Positions 9,655 through 19,982 of a DNA stretch of 64,000 bases are shown here, piece after piece. A model generated the notes under the pieces. That model made no database searches. It saw nothing but the letters and a program-made list of their open reading frames with translations, and had not been told where the DNA came from. Position numbers and translations under genes: made by a program. The DNA lies in the NCBI GenBank assembly GCA_964651395.1, contig CAZYXZ010000005.1, positions 5,007-69,006 of the forward strand. Direction: 5' to 3'. The stretch is from an uncultured Frankiaceae bacterium. Its GTDB lineage: Bacteria; Actinomycetota; Actinomycetes; BP-191. Position 1 is the first letter of the stretch; every line of letters begins with the position of its first letter.

Positions 9655-12600
9655 AACAGCAGGCGGGGGCGGGCGAGGAGTCCGGACACCCGCTGCTCCT
9701 CGGGGCCGAACGGCGTCGGGATGCCGCGCCCGGCCAGTGGGCCCAGCGTGTTTGCGACTTCGAGCTCGATGACGTTGTCGCCGTCCTCGAGGGTCACCGG
9801 CAGTGTCCAGGGCCGGCTGAACAGCACGCCTGCGGGCACGCCGTTGACGGTGACGGCGACGCTGCCGCGTACGTCACCGAGGTCGAGCACGGCGGGGCCT
9901 GCGGTCGCCGTCACGCACGCGCGGTGCAGGATCACGCCGGAGAAGCAGTCGAGGCCCTGCTGGTGCCATGACCGCCCCGCGACGATCGTGCCGTCGCCGA
10001 GCTCGAACAGCGGGTGCTCCCGGAAGCAGGCGGCGCCGCGGTACCCCGCCGGCGCCTGGACGCGCAGTGCCACCCGCGCGTGCTCGTGCAGTGTCAGTCG
10101 CTCGTCGCGCACGCTGACCGGCTCGCCGTCCACCCATGCCCGCACCTCGCCGGCGACGGGCAGCGTGACCGACCGGGCGCCGGGTGGCGCGGTGAAGCAG
10201 AACCAGGCAGGCGGTGGCGGGTCGGGTGAGTCCGACCAGCGTTGCCCGGGCAGGAGCCCGGCCAGGACCTCACTGCCTTCCAGCCAGGCCACGTCGGTGA
10301 GCGCGTGGCACCGCGGCACGGCGGGCGGGGAGTTCTCCTCGGCCGTCCAGGAGATGGAGCCGGCTTCGCTGATCGTGAAGGCGCCGGTCCAGGTGCCGTC
10401 CGGCTTCTGGTACTCCCACAGGTCGTCGCTGCCGAGTGTCACCGTCGTCGTGCCCATCCGCAGGGTCAGGGCGACCTGCAGCTGAGGCGAGGCCATCGAC
10501 CGGCCGGCGACCAGTTCGAGCACGTGCTCACCCGCGGCCAGCCGTGGCGGGATCGCATGCTCGACACCACCGGGCGCCGTGGCGAGCACGCTCACCATCG
10601 CGTCGCGCGGGAGGCTCAGCGCGCGCCGGAAGCGCATCGGGCCGGGCGCGCCCTTGTAGTCCGGGTGCACCGGCTTGCCTCCCCAGATGCCGCCGACCGG
10701 GCGCTCGTAGGGCTGGCCGAACGACCAGGTCAACCGGACCCGCGGCCCGGGACGCCAGCCCTCGAGCATGTTCGGCCCGAGGGTGCGCCGGGTCGCCTCG
10801 ATGCACACCTCGTGCCAGCCCGCGGTGAGCGACACGGGTACGGCGACCACGCCTGCGTCGACCGGTCCCGCGACCAGCGTGCCGTCCAGCCACACCGTGA
10901 CGACGGCAGAGCCCTCGACCACCAGGTGCGTGTCGGCGTCGGCCGGGACCCATCCCCACGAGGTCACCTGGCCGCCGGACTCCCCGAGATCGACCTTCCA
11001 CGGCTCCACGCGCCCCTTGAGCCCGATCGGCGTCGTGAGCAGCGCGTCCTCGATGCCCAGCCGCTCGGAGTACTCCGCGAGTCGACGCCCGTCGACGACG
11101 GCATGCGGGCCGTACGTCGACACGACCTCGTGCCACCCGTCGGGGAGCACCCGGTCGGCCGGTGCCGGCCGGCCGTTCTTGTCCCGCATCCGATCCTCGA
11201 AGCCGAGCTCGACGTGCGGGTGGTCGGCCTCCTCCGGGGTGACCGGGGCGCGCTGCCAGGCCGGGTCGTCGCCCTCGCGGAACGCGAACGTTCGCCTCTC
11301 GACGGGCGGCGTGCCGTCGTTCGCCGGCAGCCGGTAGTCGCCCCAGCGGTTCTCGCCCCACTCGAGGAACTCGCACTCCCATATCTCGGGGAGCAGCACC
11401 ACGTCGTACGCCGACTCCGTGGGCGCCACCGGCGTGCCGGTCGGCAGGGACAGGAGCAACGCGTTGCTGTCGACGGTGAGCAGCAGGTCGTCGCCGTCGA
11501 CCGTCGCCGGGTACGGAGCGATGCCGCCGGTCAGCGGGTCCCAGACCTCGGGCGCGCGGTCGGCGTAGGCACGGAGGCGTACCTGTCCGTGCGCGCCGAT
11601 CGCGACGACGTCGAGATCGCCGACCCGCCGCCACTGCGCCTGGCCGCCTTCGATGCGCGGCGGCGGCAGGTATCGGGTCACCTCGGCGGGGTCGGTCACG
11701 AACGCGGCCACGACCCGCAACCGGTCGACGAGCTTCGTGAACGTCGGGTCGTCGCGCCCGTTCTCGAACGACCAGGCCGGCGCAGGTTCGAGGACCACCA
11801 CCGGCCGGCCGGCCTCGGCCAGGTCCACCAGCTTCTGCAGCGTGGACGTGCGCAGCACCCGGCAGCCCGGCAGGACGACCGGCAGACCGATATCGACGTG
11901 GAACTCGTCGACGGCGATCCGGTCGTAGCCGGCCTCAGCCAGCGGGCTCGCATGGTGGGGTCGCTCGAGATCCCACCCGGACGGCACACCCTTCGTGCCG
12001 AAGACCGACACCCATGCCCGGTCGGACTCCATGGCTTCGTCGTCCCAGGTGAGCAACCCGGTCATGCCGGCCCAGACGGACGACATGGGGTAGAGCACGG
12101 CGACGTCCGGCCGATGGTCGCCGGCGGAGGACCACGACATGAGCCGGCCGACGAAGTCCGCGAACGCCGGGTAGTGGCGCGCGTACGGCTGGCGCCAGCC
12201 CATCTCCGGTGGCGCCCACTCCCACCAGAGCGCCCTCGTCGCGTAGTACCCGCCGTGGGGGAGGAACAGGCTCACCCCTTCGCGCGACCACTCGAGCAGC
12301 AGCCGCACCTGGTCGTCGAGCGTCATCCCGTAGCCCTGCGAGTGGAAGCCCTCGAGCCAGGTCCGCGCACCGCCGCCGAGATCGTTCTGCGACAGCGCGA
12401 ACCGCGCGTCGCCCATGTGGTCGGTGCCGTGCGCGTTGGCCCAGGCCATGGTGCGGAACGGGTCGTAGTAGTACGCGCTGTTCAGGACGGGGACGCCCTG
12501 ACGGCCGCACTGGTCGTAGCCCGCGAGCACCCCGGTGCGGTCGACGAGGTCGGTCTGCCACGCGGTGTACGCCGACACGACGCGTTCGACCGCGAGGTCC

Positions 12601-13286
12601 AGCACCTGGCAGCGGACGGCCGGCGTCGACGCTCCGATGTCCGTCGTCAGTGCGGCGAGCGGCACGTCGTAGCCGTAGCGGTCGCGGAACTCCGCGGCGA
12701 AGGTCGGCGCCCACCGCGGGAATCCTGGGAACTCGTCCTCGAACAGGGCGACCATCTGGTCGCCGACGAGCTCGCGGATCCCGTCCAGGTACGTCGCGCA
12801 CTTCGTGCCGGGTGCCGTCAGCGCGGCGAGCGCGTCGCGGTTGCCGTAGTCGACGCCGTACGGAATGACCTCGCCGTCCTCGACGACGAGCTCACCGCGC
12901 AAGTCGGGCCGGGCGGCCAGGGTCGCGTCGATGTCGTGCGCCTGGCCGACCTGCATCGGGCTCCACGCGCCGACGCCCATCCCGAGCTCGGCCGCGCGGA
13001 CGCAGGCGGTGCGCAGCAGGTCGAACCACTCCGGGGTCAGCGCGCGGGGCTCGTCGGCCCGCGACCCCGCGGACGGGCCGTGCATCGCCAAACCGGTCGT
13101 GACGAAGCCCCCGCAGCCGATCGCCGCCATCTGCTCTACCTGCCAGAGCATCCGTTCCCGCTCCACCGGCTCGCCCGACCACCACCAGAGCGTCAGTGGC
13201 CGGTAGCGGGCGTCGGGACGTCCCGGGAACGCCACACGCAGCTCCGCTGCGGTGCGGTACGTCGTCGTCCAGCTCCCCGTGCCCAC
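9651..13286 (-). CDS. Large glycoside-hydrolase-like protein (1211 aa)
   Basis: N-terminal PLTLWWWSGEP-type motif and a C-terminal region reminiscent of a GH2 sugar-binding/beta-sandwich domain. GTG start at 13286. Very long, uniformly GC3-rich ORF. Confidence 0.55.
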   Translation of the reverse strand: MGTGSWTTTYRTAAELRVAFPGRPDARYRPLTLWWWSGEPVERERMLWQVEQMAAIGCGGFVTTGLAMHGPSAGSRADEPRALTPEWFDLLRTACVRAAELGMGVGAWSPMQVGQAHDIDATLAARPDLRGELVVEDGEVIPYGVDYGNRDALAALTAPGTKCATYLDGIRELVGDQMVALFEDEFPGFPRWAPTFAAEFRDRYGYDVPLAALTTDIGASTPAVRCQVLDLAVERVVSAYTAWQTDLVDRTGVLAGYDQCGRQGVPVLNSAYYYDPFRTMAWANAHGTDHMGDARFALSQNDLGGGARTWLEGFHSQGYGMTLDDQVRLLLEWSREGVSLFLPHGGYYATRALWWEWAPPEMGWRQPYARHYPAFADFVGRLMSWSSAGDHRPDVAVLYPMSSVWAGMTGLLTWDDEAMESDRAWVSVFGTKGVPSGWDLERPHHASPLAEAGYDRIAVDEFHVDIGLPVVLPGCRVLRTSTLQKLVDLAEAGRPVVVLEPAPAWSFENGRDDPTFTKLVDRLRVVAAFVTDPAEVTRYLPPPRIEGGQAQWRRVGDLDVVAIGAHGQVRLRAYADRAPEVWDPLTGGIAPYPATVDGDDLLLTVDSNALLLSLPTGTPVAPTESAYDVVLLPEIWECEFLEWGENRWGDYRLPANDGTPPVERRTFAFREGDDPAWQRAPVTPEEADHPHVELGFEDRMRDKNGRPAPADRVLPDGWHEVVSTYGPHAVVDGRRLAEYSERLGIEDALLTTPIGLKGRVEPWKVDLGESGGQVTSWGWVPADADTHLVVEGSAVVTVWLDGTLVAGPVDAGVVAVPVSLTAGWHEVCIEATRRTLGPNMLEGWRPGPRVRLTWSFGQPYERPVGGIWGGKPVHPDYKGAPGPMRFRRALSLPRDAMVSVLATAPGGVEHAIPPRLAAGEHVLELVAGRSMASPQLQVALTLRMGTTTVTLGSDDLWEYQKPDGTWTGAFTISEAGSISWTAEENSPPAVPRCHALTDVAWLEGSEVLAGLLPGQRWSDSPDPPPPAWFCFTAPPGARSVTLPVAGEVRAWVDGEPVSVRDERLTLHEHARVALRVQAPAGYRGAACFREHPLFELGDGTIVAGRSWHQQGLDCFSGVILHRACVTATAGPAVLDLGDVRGSVAVTVNGVPAGVLFSRPWTLPVTLEDGDNVIELEVANTLGPLAGRGIPTPFGPEEQRVSGLLARPRLLF

Positions 13287-13333
13287 GGTCGCGATGTTAG
13301 TGCAGAGCCATTACGAACACCTGCCTGACGGGT

Positions 13334-14227
13334 CTAGAGCCCCTTGAGCAGCTCGGTCGTGCGTCGGACCTGGTCGGCGTCGCCGTAGCACGCGGCGCTG
13401 AACGTCGTGACGCCGGCTTCCGCCATCGCCGTGATTCCGGCACGCACGGCCTTCTCGTCGCCGACGATCGCGACGTCGGCCGGTCCGGCCGCGCCCTCGG
13501 CGTCGAGCATTGCGCGGTAGCTGGGGAGTCCGCCGTACACGTCGAAGGTCTTGGCCGCCTGCGCCCGGGCGGCGTCGGCGTCGTCGGTCACCGCGACGGG
13601 TAGCGCGGCGACGATCTGCGGGTCCGGCTTGCCGGCCGCCGCGGCCGCCTCGCGGACCTTGGGCGCCACATGCTCCGCCACGGTCTTCGGGCCGGTCATC
13701 CAGAGGACGGTGCCGTCGGCGACGGCGCCGGCCAGCTTGAGCATGACCGGGGCCATCGCGGCGATGAGCACCGGCGGGCCGCCCGCAGGGCCGATCCGGT
13801 CGAGCGGTGCCGCGACCTTGTACTGCTCGCCCTGGAACGCCACCTGCCCTTCGCGGAGCAGGGGCAGCAGGACCGAGAGGTACTCGCGCATGTGCGCCGC
13901 CGGCCGGTCGTACGAGAGGCCGAACATCGACTCGACGACGATCTGGTGCGACAGGCCGATCCCGAGCACCAACCGACCGCCGGTCGCATCCCACACGGTC
14001 ATCGCCTGCTGCGCCAGGGCGTGCGGGTGCCGCGGGAACGTCGGGACGACCGCCGTGCCGAGCCGGATGTTGGGCACCTCGTGCAGGGCGACCGCGATCG
14101 CGGTCAGCGCGTCCAGGCCGAAGATGTTCGACAGCCATCCGGACGTGAAGCCGGCCTCGGCCGCCGCGGCCGCCTGCCGTACGACGTCGTCGACCGTCCG
14201 GCCGCCGATCCCCATCCCTATCTCCAC
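13334..14227 (-). CDS. LLM-class (luciferase-like) F420-dependent oxidoreductase
   Basis: 297 aa with typical LLM features (AGFTSGWLSNIF..., TIM-barrel flavin/F420 family). Confidence 0.7.
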   Translation of the reverse strand: MEIGMGIGGRTVDDVVRQAAAAAEAGFTSGWLSNIFGLDALTAIAVALHEVPNIRLGTAVVPTFPRHPHALAQQAMTVWDATGGRLVLGIGLSHQIVVESMFGLSYDRPAAHMREYLSVLLPLLREGQVAFQGEQYKVAAPLDRIGPAGGPPVLIAAMAPVMLKLAGAVADGTVLWMTGPKTVAEHVAPKVREAAAAAGKPDPQIVAALPVAVTDDADAARAQAAKTFDVYGGLPSYRAMLDAEGAAGPADVAIVGDEKAVRAGITAMAEAGVTTFSAACYGDADQVRRTTELLKGL

Positions 14228-14290
14228 GGCGTACCCCTGTCCTCGGTTGCGTCGAGGCAGAGCGTGTCACCTGCGCCGTACCCTGCCCAC

Positions 14291-15148
14291 ATGTCGATCT
14301 CCGAGCAGCTGGGTGCGAAGTCGCGCGTGGACCTCTCCGGGGGCCCGATCGGCTACCGCGAGACCGGTGCCGGCAAGCCCATCGTGTTCGTCCACGGGGT
14401 CTTTGCGAACGGCGACCTCTGGCGCAATGTGGTGCCCGAGCTGGCCAGTGCCTATCGGTGCCTCACGCCGGACTGGCCGCTCGGCTCGCACGAGCTGCCG
14501 ATGAACACCGATGCCGACCTCTCGACGCCCGGGCTGGCCCGGCTGGTCGCGGAGTTCCTCGACGCGCTCGAGCTCGAGGACGTCACACTCGTCGGCAACG
14601 ACACCGGCGGTGCGGTCTGCCAGCTCGTGATGGCCGAGCACCGCAAGCGCCTCGGCCCTACCGTGCTCACGTCGTGCGACGCCTTCGAGACGTTCCCGCC
14701 GTCGCCGTTCGGTTTCCTGCGCCACCTGCCGCGCATTCCCGGCGCGACGATGCTTGCTGCGCAACCCCTGCGTCTTCGACCGCTGCGCCGCCTGCCGATC
14801 GCCTACGGACGGCTCATGCACGGCCAGCCGGAGGCGGCCATCTCCGACTCCTACGCCCGGCCGTCGCTGCGACCGGAGATCCGCCACGACGCCGGCAAGG
14901 TCTGTCTCGGCATCGACCCGGCGTACACCATCGCCGCGGCCGAACAGCTCAGGGACTTCCCACATCCCGTCCTGCTCGCCTGGGGCGCGGACGACCGGCT
15001 CTTCCCGATCAGCCTGGCTGAGCGGCTGGCCGCCGTACTGCCGGACGCGACGCTCGCACCTATCGCCGGCGCTCGCACGTTCATCGGAGAGGACCGGCCG
15101 CGCGAGCTCGCGACGGTGATCAGCGAGTTCCTCGGCAAGCACGCATGA
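14291..15148 (+). CDS. Alpha/beta hydrolase fold protein
   Basis: HGVFANGDLW and GNDTGG (nucleophile-elbow-like). Start placed at the in-frame ATG by counting residues from the ORF track; ±1 nt uncertainty. Confidence 0.7.
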   Translation: MSISEQLGAKSRVDLSGGPIGYRETGAGKPIVFVHGVFANGDLWRNVVPELASAYRCLTPDWPLGSHELPMNTDADLSTPGLARLVAEFLDALELEDVTLVGNDTGGAVCQLVMAEHRKRLGPTVLTSCDAFETFPPSPFGFLRHLPRIPGATMLAAQPLRLRPLRRLPIAYGRLMHGQPEAAISDSYARPSLRPEIRHDAGKVCLGIDPAYTIAAAEQLRDFPHPVLLAWGADDRLFPISLAERLAAVLPDATLAPIAGARTFIGEDRPRELATVISEFLGKHA

Positions 15149-15609
15149 GCTATCAGCGCGAGGAGATCCAGCGGGCCTTCGACCGCTTCCGCGAGGCGGC
15201 CGCGCAGGCCGGCCGCACCGGCGACTGGCGGCCTTGGGTCGAGTGCTTCACACCCGACGTCCACTACATCGAGCACCTGTACGGCGAGTTCCACGGTCGC
15301 GAGGAGGTGCTCTCCTGGATCACGAGGACCATGAGCGTCTTCCCGTTGACCCACATGCGCGAGTTCCCGTGGGACTGGTACACGGTCGATGCCGAGCAGG
15401 GCTGGGTGATCGGCCAGCTGCAGAACCGCTTCGCTGACCCTGGCGACGGCCAGGTGTACCAGGGTGCGAACTGGACCCGCCTCGTCTACGCCGGCGGCGG
15501 TCTGTTCTCCTCGGAGGAGGACGTCTACAACCCGACGGAGCTGGCGCCGGTCGTAGCGGCGTGGCTCGAGGCGTGGCAGGCGTACCACCCGGACCGGCCG
15601 GCGGGCTGA
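15145..15609 (+). CDS. NTF2-like/SnoaL-like small protein
   Basis: 154 aa. ATGA overlap with the upstream hydrolase. Confidence 0.5.
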   Translation: MSYQREEIQRAFDRFREAAAQAGRTGDWRPWVECFTPDVHYIEHLYGEFHGREEVLSWITRTMSVFPLTHMREFPWDWYTVDAEQGWVIGQLQNRFADPGDGQVYQGANWTRLVYAGGGLFSSEEDVYNPTELAPVVAAWLEAWQAYHPDRPAG

Positions 15610-15916
15610 GACAGGGATCACACCCGTGAGGTGACATCGTCCGGGCCCGCTGCGGCGTTGCACCCGGTGGGCGGACCAACCAGGCCGCCACCGAGGGAAG
15701 GCAGGGGCCATGAGTCATCTGCTGAGCGACGTGAAGGCACATTGGCGTGAGCGCCGCGACCTGTACGCGCGTGAGCGCGCGCTACTCGACGCGGTCACAC
15801 CCGCCCAGCGCAACGAGCTCGAAGTGATCTTCTCGCGAGGCGTGGGACAGGAGAACCGGGCGGCCTGACCCGGCAGGCATTTGGGCGACGCCCCGGGCGG
15901 GTGTCAGGCTGGCGCC

Positions 15917-18631
15917 ATGCGTATCGGCATCACCGGCGTCACCGGGCTCATCGGCAAGCGGCTGGCGACCGCCGCACTGGCCGCAGGCCACGAGGTGGTC
16001 GGCTTCAGCCGACGCCCATGGACCGGGGCGCCCTTTGTGCCCTTGGCGGACCGCCGCTTCCTGACCCTTCCGTCGGCGCCGTCTCCCGGCGACCTGAGCG
16101 GCGTCGACGCGGTCGTGCACCTCGCGATCGCCGCCCAGACGTCCAGCGCCGCACTCGCGCACGCCGTCAATTTCGACGGCACACGACGGCTCTACCAAGC
16201 GGCCGTCGTCGCGGGCGTCGGCCGCTTCGTCTTCGCCTCCACGCCGTCGGCGCACGCGGATGCGGTGTCCACGTACGGGAAGAGCAAGTACGCCGCGGAG
16301 CAGCTGCTGCGCGACGACCCGCGCGTCATCATCGTGCGACCTGGGCTGGTCTACGGCGAGAGCGCGGACGGCCTGCTCGGTAGAGCGGCGGGCATGGCCG
16401 GAAAGCTGCGCTTCTTCCCCGTGTTCGGCGGCACGATGGCCCGCGCGCAGCTCGTGCATGTCGACGACTTCTGCCGGGGCCTGCTCACGGTGCTGGAGAT
16501 GGCAGACCCGCCGCGCGACCTGAGCCTGGCCGAGCCGGACACGCGCCCGCTGGGTGAGATCGTGAGCGAACGCGCAGAGGCGCTGCACGGCGTACGCGCG
16601 CGCCCGATCAACATCGGTCTCAAGCCGGCCCGCGCCGCGCTGCGGATGGCCGACCGTCTGCACCTTCCGCTGCCCGTCTCCGAGGAGAACCTCGACGGCA
16701 TCGAGCAGTTCCGCGTCATGGACACTCGCCCGTCTCTAGAAGCTATCGGCCTCGAGCTGCGGTCGGAGACCGTGACCCCCCAGGCAGTCGGCCCGGTCCC
16801 GGAGGTCGAGCCGGCTCGGCTGCTCCTCGTCGGCGCCGGACGCATCGGCCTGGTGCACGCGCTCACCGCGCTGCATCATCACCGCCTCGTTCTCGCTGGT
16901 GTGGTCGACCTCGACAAGGCTGCGACCGGTCGGCTGGTGAGCCTGCTCGGCCGTCCGGTGCCGCGGTTCACGGACCTCGACGAGGCGATCCGCACGACCG
17001 GCGCGACCCTGGCCATCGTCGCGACCCCGCCGTCGTCACACGTGCCGCTCACGCGCAAGCTCATCGAGGCCGGCCTCGACGTCCTGATCGAGAAGCCTCT
17101 GGCGGCGCGCGCGGAGGACCGGCGCGAGCTCGAGGCGCTGCTTGCCGAGCGGCCCGGCCGCCATGTCGCGGTCGGCTATGTGGGACCTGTGCTGCCCCAC
17201 CTCGTCGCGGCGGGAGAGCGGTTGCGTGCAGGCCGGTACGGCACACCGATGTCTTTCGACGGGTGGGCGTTCGTCTCGCGGATCGAAGAGGGCGCGGCGG
17301 AACGCAAGGACATGTGGGAGCTCGACCCGGCGGTCGGCGGCGGCGGCGCCCTGATCAGCTTGGGAGTGCACGTGCTGTCGATGATCGACGTGCTCCTCGG
17401 GCCGATCTCGATCGACCACACCGTGGTCACGACCTCGGGCACGCGGCGGATCGAGGACGCGGCGGCCCTGGAGCTGACAGCGGGTGGCGTGAAGGGCCGC
17501 TTCGCCACCGCGTGGCACCTGCCGGGGTTCAACATGCCGGACAACACGCTGCGCATCACGACGGACCGCGGCGTCGTACTGCTCACCACGTCCTGTGCCG
17601 CCTTCCTCGGGAACGACGGCGAGGTCGATGTCATCCACCAGGTGGACGCGGACACCGGTTTCGACCTGGCTCCGCTCGACGCGGGTGGCGCCTTCTGGAC
17701 CGAGCAGGACGCGCTGGCACGCGCCGCCGATGCCGGCAACACCCCGCTGCTGGCCGAGCGGATCGAGTCCGCCATCGAGGGCGCGTACGCGGGTGCGGAG
17801 CAGCGCCGAGGGGCCCCGCTGGCTCAGACCACGCGACACCTCAGTCCGGCTCCGCGCACGCAGGACATCGTCGCCGACCTGCGGGGCGCGCCGGACGATG
17901 TGCGGCAGGCGCTGCGCGGCACCGGAGCCGTGCTCATCGGCAGTCCGGTCAGCGACGTGGACCGACAGCTGGTCATGGCTCCCGGCGCGATCGTGGCGGT
18001 GCCGGACGCACCGGCGCACTTCCGCACGCTGACCAACGACGGGCCGGTGGCACTGATTCGCGAGCTCGGTCCCGGGAACCTGACGGGGGCAGCGACCGGC
18101 CTCGCACCGTTGCGTGCCGCCAGCGCGGTGGATCGCCCGTGGGAGGCACTCCTCGTCCTCCTGCGCGCCGAGCTCCGACGGCTTCCCCGCGCCTACCGCG
18201 GCACAGTGGTCGTCGACGCCTACCTTGTCGACCTGGCCACGGCCAACGACCACGTCGCACCGATGGCTGCGGCGATCGCCGACATTCGCGGTCGGCTTCC
18301 GGGTGCGCGCGTCGGACTCGAGGTCAACGCCGTCGGCCGATTCGTCCCACACGTGCCTGCGCTGCCGCCCCTCGACATCGTGGTGGCGCTGGCCACCCCG
18401 GCCGGGACGGCGCTCGACGCGCTGCGCGAGGCGCTTCCGGAGACGACCGAGGTGGTGCTGAAAACCGGGACCGTCCCTGTCGAGGTCTCCGAGGTTGCCG
18501 CGGCCCGGCCAGAGCTCTGGCACAGCGGCGATGGCCGCCGGCTCGTCGTCGACTGGGCGGGCGCCGGTCTCGCGGACGCGCGCCGCGCGGACCTCGACGC
18601 GGCGCGCGCCGCGTCGGGCGCTGCGACGTGA
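15917..18631 (+). CDS. Three-domain fusion: NAD-dependent epimerase/dehydratase (SDR), Gfo/Idh/MocA oxidoreductase, and a C-terminal domain of unknown function
   Basis: GITGVTGLIGKRLA Rossmann motif and YGKSKYAAE (YxxxK). Central LLLVGAGRIGLVH plus an EKPLA motif (Gfo/Idh/MocA). About 300 aa of unassigned C-terminus with coding-like GC3. Confidence 0.6.
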   Translation: MRIGITGVTGLIGKRLATAALAAGHEVVGFSRRPWTGAPFVPLADRRFLTLPSAPSPGDLSGVDAVVHLAIAAQTSSAALAHAVNFDGTRRLYQAAVVAGVGRFVFASTPSAHADAVSTYGKSKYAAEQLLRDDPRVIIVRPGLVYGESADGLLGRAAGMAGKLRFFPVFGGTMARAQLVHVDDFCRGLLTVLEMADPPRDLSLAEPDTRPLGEIVSERAEALHGVRARPINIGLKPARAALRMADRLHLPLPVSEENLDGIEQFRVMDTRPSLEAIGLELRSETVTPQAVGPVPEVEPARLLLVGAGRIGLVHALTALHHHRLVLAGVVDLDKAATGRLVSLLGRPVPRFTDLDEAIRTTGATLAIVATPPSSHVPLTRKLIEAGLDVLIEKPLAARAEDRRELEALLAERPGRHVAVGYVGPVLPHLVAAGERLRAGRYGTPMSFDGWAFVSRIEEGAAERKDMWELDPAVGGGGALISLGVHVLSMIDVLLGPISIDHTVVTTSGTRRIEDAAALELTAGGVKGRFATAWHLPGFNMPDNTLRITTDRGVVLLTTSCAAFLGNDGEVDVIHQVDADTGFDLAPLDAGGAFWTEQDALARAADAGNTPLLAERIESAIEGAYAGAEQRRGAPLAQTTRHLSPAPRTQDIVADLRGAPDDVRQALRGTGAVLIGSPVSDVDRQLVMAPGAIVAVPDAPAHFRTLTNDGPVALIRELGPGNLTGAATGLAPLRAASAVDRPWEALLVLLRAELRRLPRAYRGTVVVDAYLVDLATANDHVAPMAAAIADIRGRLPGARVGLEVNAVGRFVPHVPALPPLDIVVALATPAGTALDALREALPETTEVVLKTGTVPVEVSEVAAARPELWHSGDGRRLVVDWAGAGLADARRADLDAARAASGAAT

Positions 18632-19008
18632 CGGCCACCATCTACCAGGCTTTCCTGCTCGCGATCGTGAGTGGCGTCGTACTCACGCTCACTGTCTGGC
18701 TCACCCGTCGTGGACTACTGTCGCTGCGCTTCGGGGTCAGCTGGCTGCTCATCTCGTGCCTGATGCTGCTCGGCGCGCTCATCGGTGCGGTTGACCTCGT
18801 GCGCCCACTGGCTGATGCACTCCATGTCACCCCCACCGGCCTGATCGTGGGAGGCCTGGGCGTCTTCCTTCTCGGCATGTCGCTGCACCTCAGCGTCGCC
18901 CTCTCCACTGAGGACCACGCCTCGCGCCGCCTGGCCCAGGAGCTCGCCCTCTTGCAGCAGCGCGTCGAGGAGCTGGAGGCGAAGCGGGCAAGCAAAGCGC
19001 GCCAATGA
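18628..19008 (+). CDS. DUF2304-like small membrane protein
   Basis: GTG start overlapping the upstream stop. Two to three TM helices plus a C-terminal coiled-coil (LAQELALLQQRVEELEAKRA). This architecture is typical of DUF2304 proteins found next to glycosyltransferases. Confidence 0.45.
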   Translation: MTATIYQAFLLAIVSGVVLTLTVWLTRRGLLSLRFGVSWLLISCLMLLGALIGAVDLVRPLADALHVTPTGLIVGGLGVFLLGMSLHLSVALSTEDHASRRLAQELALLQQRVEELEAKRASKARQ

Positions 19009-19118
19009 CGTGGACCGTGCCTGTAGTGAAGCCGGTCCCTACAGCAGCATGACCTAGAAACACACGCGACATGACGCCCACCCCGCCTACTCTGCAAAGC
19101 CGGAGATGGCCGAGTCGG

Positions 19119-19982
19119 CTAGCTGCGTAGAACACCGGCGATGGTGTGCCGGGCACGCTCTGGGAAGAGTCGATCAACGATCGTCCGATCGACGAGCCTG
19201 GCCGCACCGTCGGCATGCCGCCAGGGCAGCCTGCGGGCCAGCCCCGGGACACGACCGTGCACCACATAGGACGCGGTGATCACCAGAGTCTGGAAGAAGT
19301 CGACGACCTTCAGCTCGACGTCGTCGAAGCCGGCGTCCTGGCACAGCGCCACCAACTGCTCTTTTGTGAAGACGTGCAGGTTCGCGGCCATCGAGGCGAG
19401 CTCCCAGAAGTTCTCCTCTTCGCTCAGCGGGCGCTGCCTGAGCGCGAACAGGAGCCCACGGACGAGCACCGCGCCGTGCTTCTCGACCGTCGGGGTCGGC
19501 TCCGACAGCAGTACCACGCTTCCACCAGGGCGAAGCACGCGCCGCCACTCGACCAGCGCGGCACGCACGTCGGGCAAGTGGTGAAGCACCCCGCGCGCGA
19601 CGACGAGGTCGATGGACGCATCGGGGAATGGCAGCAGCTCCGCCTGGCACTGCAGAACCGGGTCCGCTCCCGCAGCTCTGGCTTTGTCGAGCATCCCGCG
19701 TGACAGGTCCGTGGCGATGGCGTGCACGTCGGGCCGTGCGCGCCTCAGTCCCGCGGCGACGAAGCCCGTGCCGCATCCGACGTCGAGGACTCGCTCGCCC
19801 GCTAGCAGTTCCCGACCGAGCAGGCCCTCGACTTCGCGTAGCGCCTGCGCCGCGCTCTTGTCGTCATGGCCGATTGCAAAGCGCTCGTCGTAGTAGGCGC
19901 ACTCGTGGTCGTGAAAGACCTTGTTGATCTTGACGGCGTCCCAGCCCTCGTCGACGAACCCCGTCGGCTCGGCATCACTCAT
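19119..19982 (-). CDS. Class I SAM-dependent methyltransferase
   Basis: VLDVGCGTG motif I. Confidence 0.7.
   Translation of the reverse strand: MSDAEPTGFVDEGWDAVKINKVFHDHECAYYDERFAIGHDDKSAAQALREVEGLLGRELLAGERVLDVGCGTGFVAAGLRRARPDVHAIATDLSRGMLDKARAAGADPVLQCQAELLPFPDASIDLVVARGVLHHLPDVRAALVEWRRVLRPGGSVVLLSEPTPTVEKHGAVLVRGLLFALRQRPLSEEENFWELASMAANLHVFTKEQLVALCQDAGFDDVELKVVDFFQTLVITASYVVHGRVPGLARRLPWRHADGAARLVDRTIVDRLFPERARHTIAGVLRS

Noticed and set aside
10242-13328. 1028-aa plus-strand ORF antisense to the large glycoside-hydrolase gene (plus similar antisense ORFs at 187..1338, 4287..5582, 13311..14270, 15782..16663, 17036..18523)
   Set aside because: These are Arg/Pro/Gly-rich stop-free frames typical of high-GC DNA. 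Each overlaps a sense-strand gene with recognisable domain motifs.
17263-18627. Upstream 450 aa of the 581-aa ORF 17263..19008
   Set aside because: It lies in a different frame inside the tri-domain oxidoreductase gene and is Arg/Gly-rich. Only the last 126 aa (from the GTG at 18628) form a plausible DUF2304-like membrane protein.
19009-19118. Short hairpins (CTGTAG…CTACAG; GCCGAGTCGGC) in the convergent gap between the DUF2304 gene and a methyltransferase gene
   Set aside because: The stems are short (6 bp) with long loops and no U-tract. They are possibly weak terminators but not distinctive enough to call.
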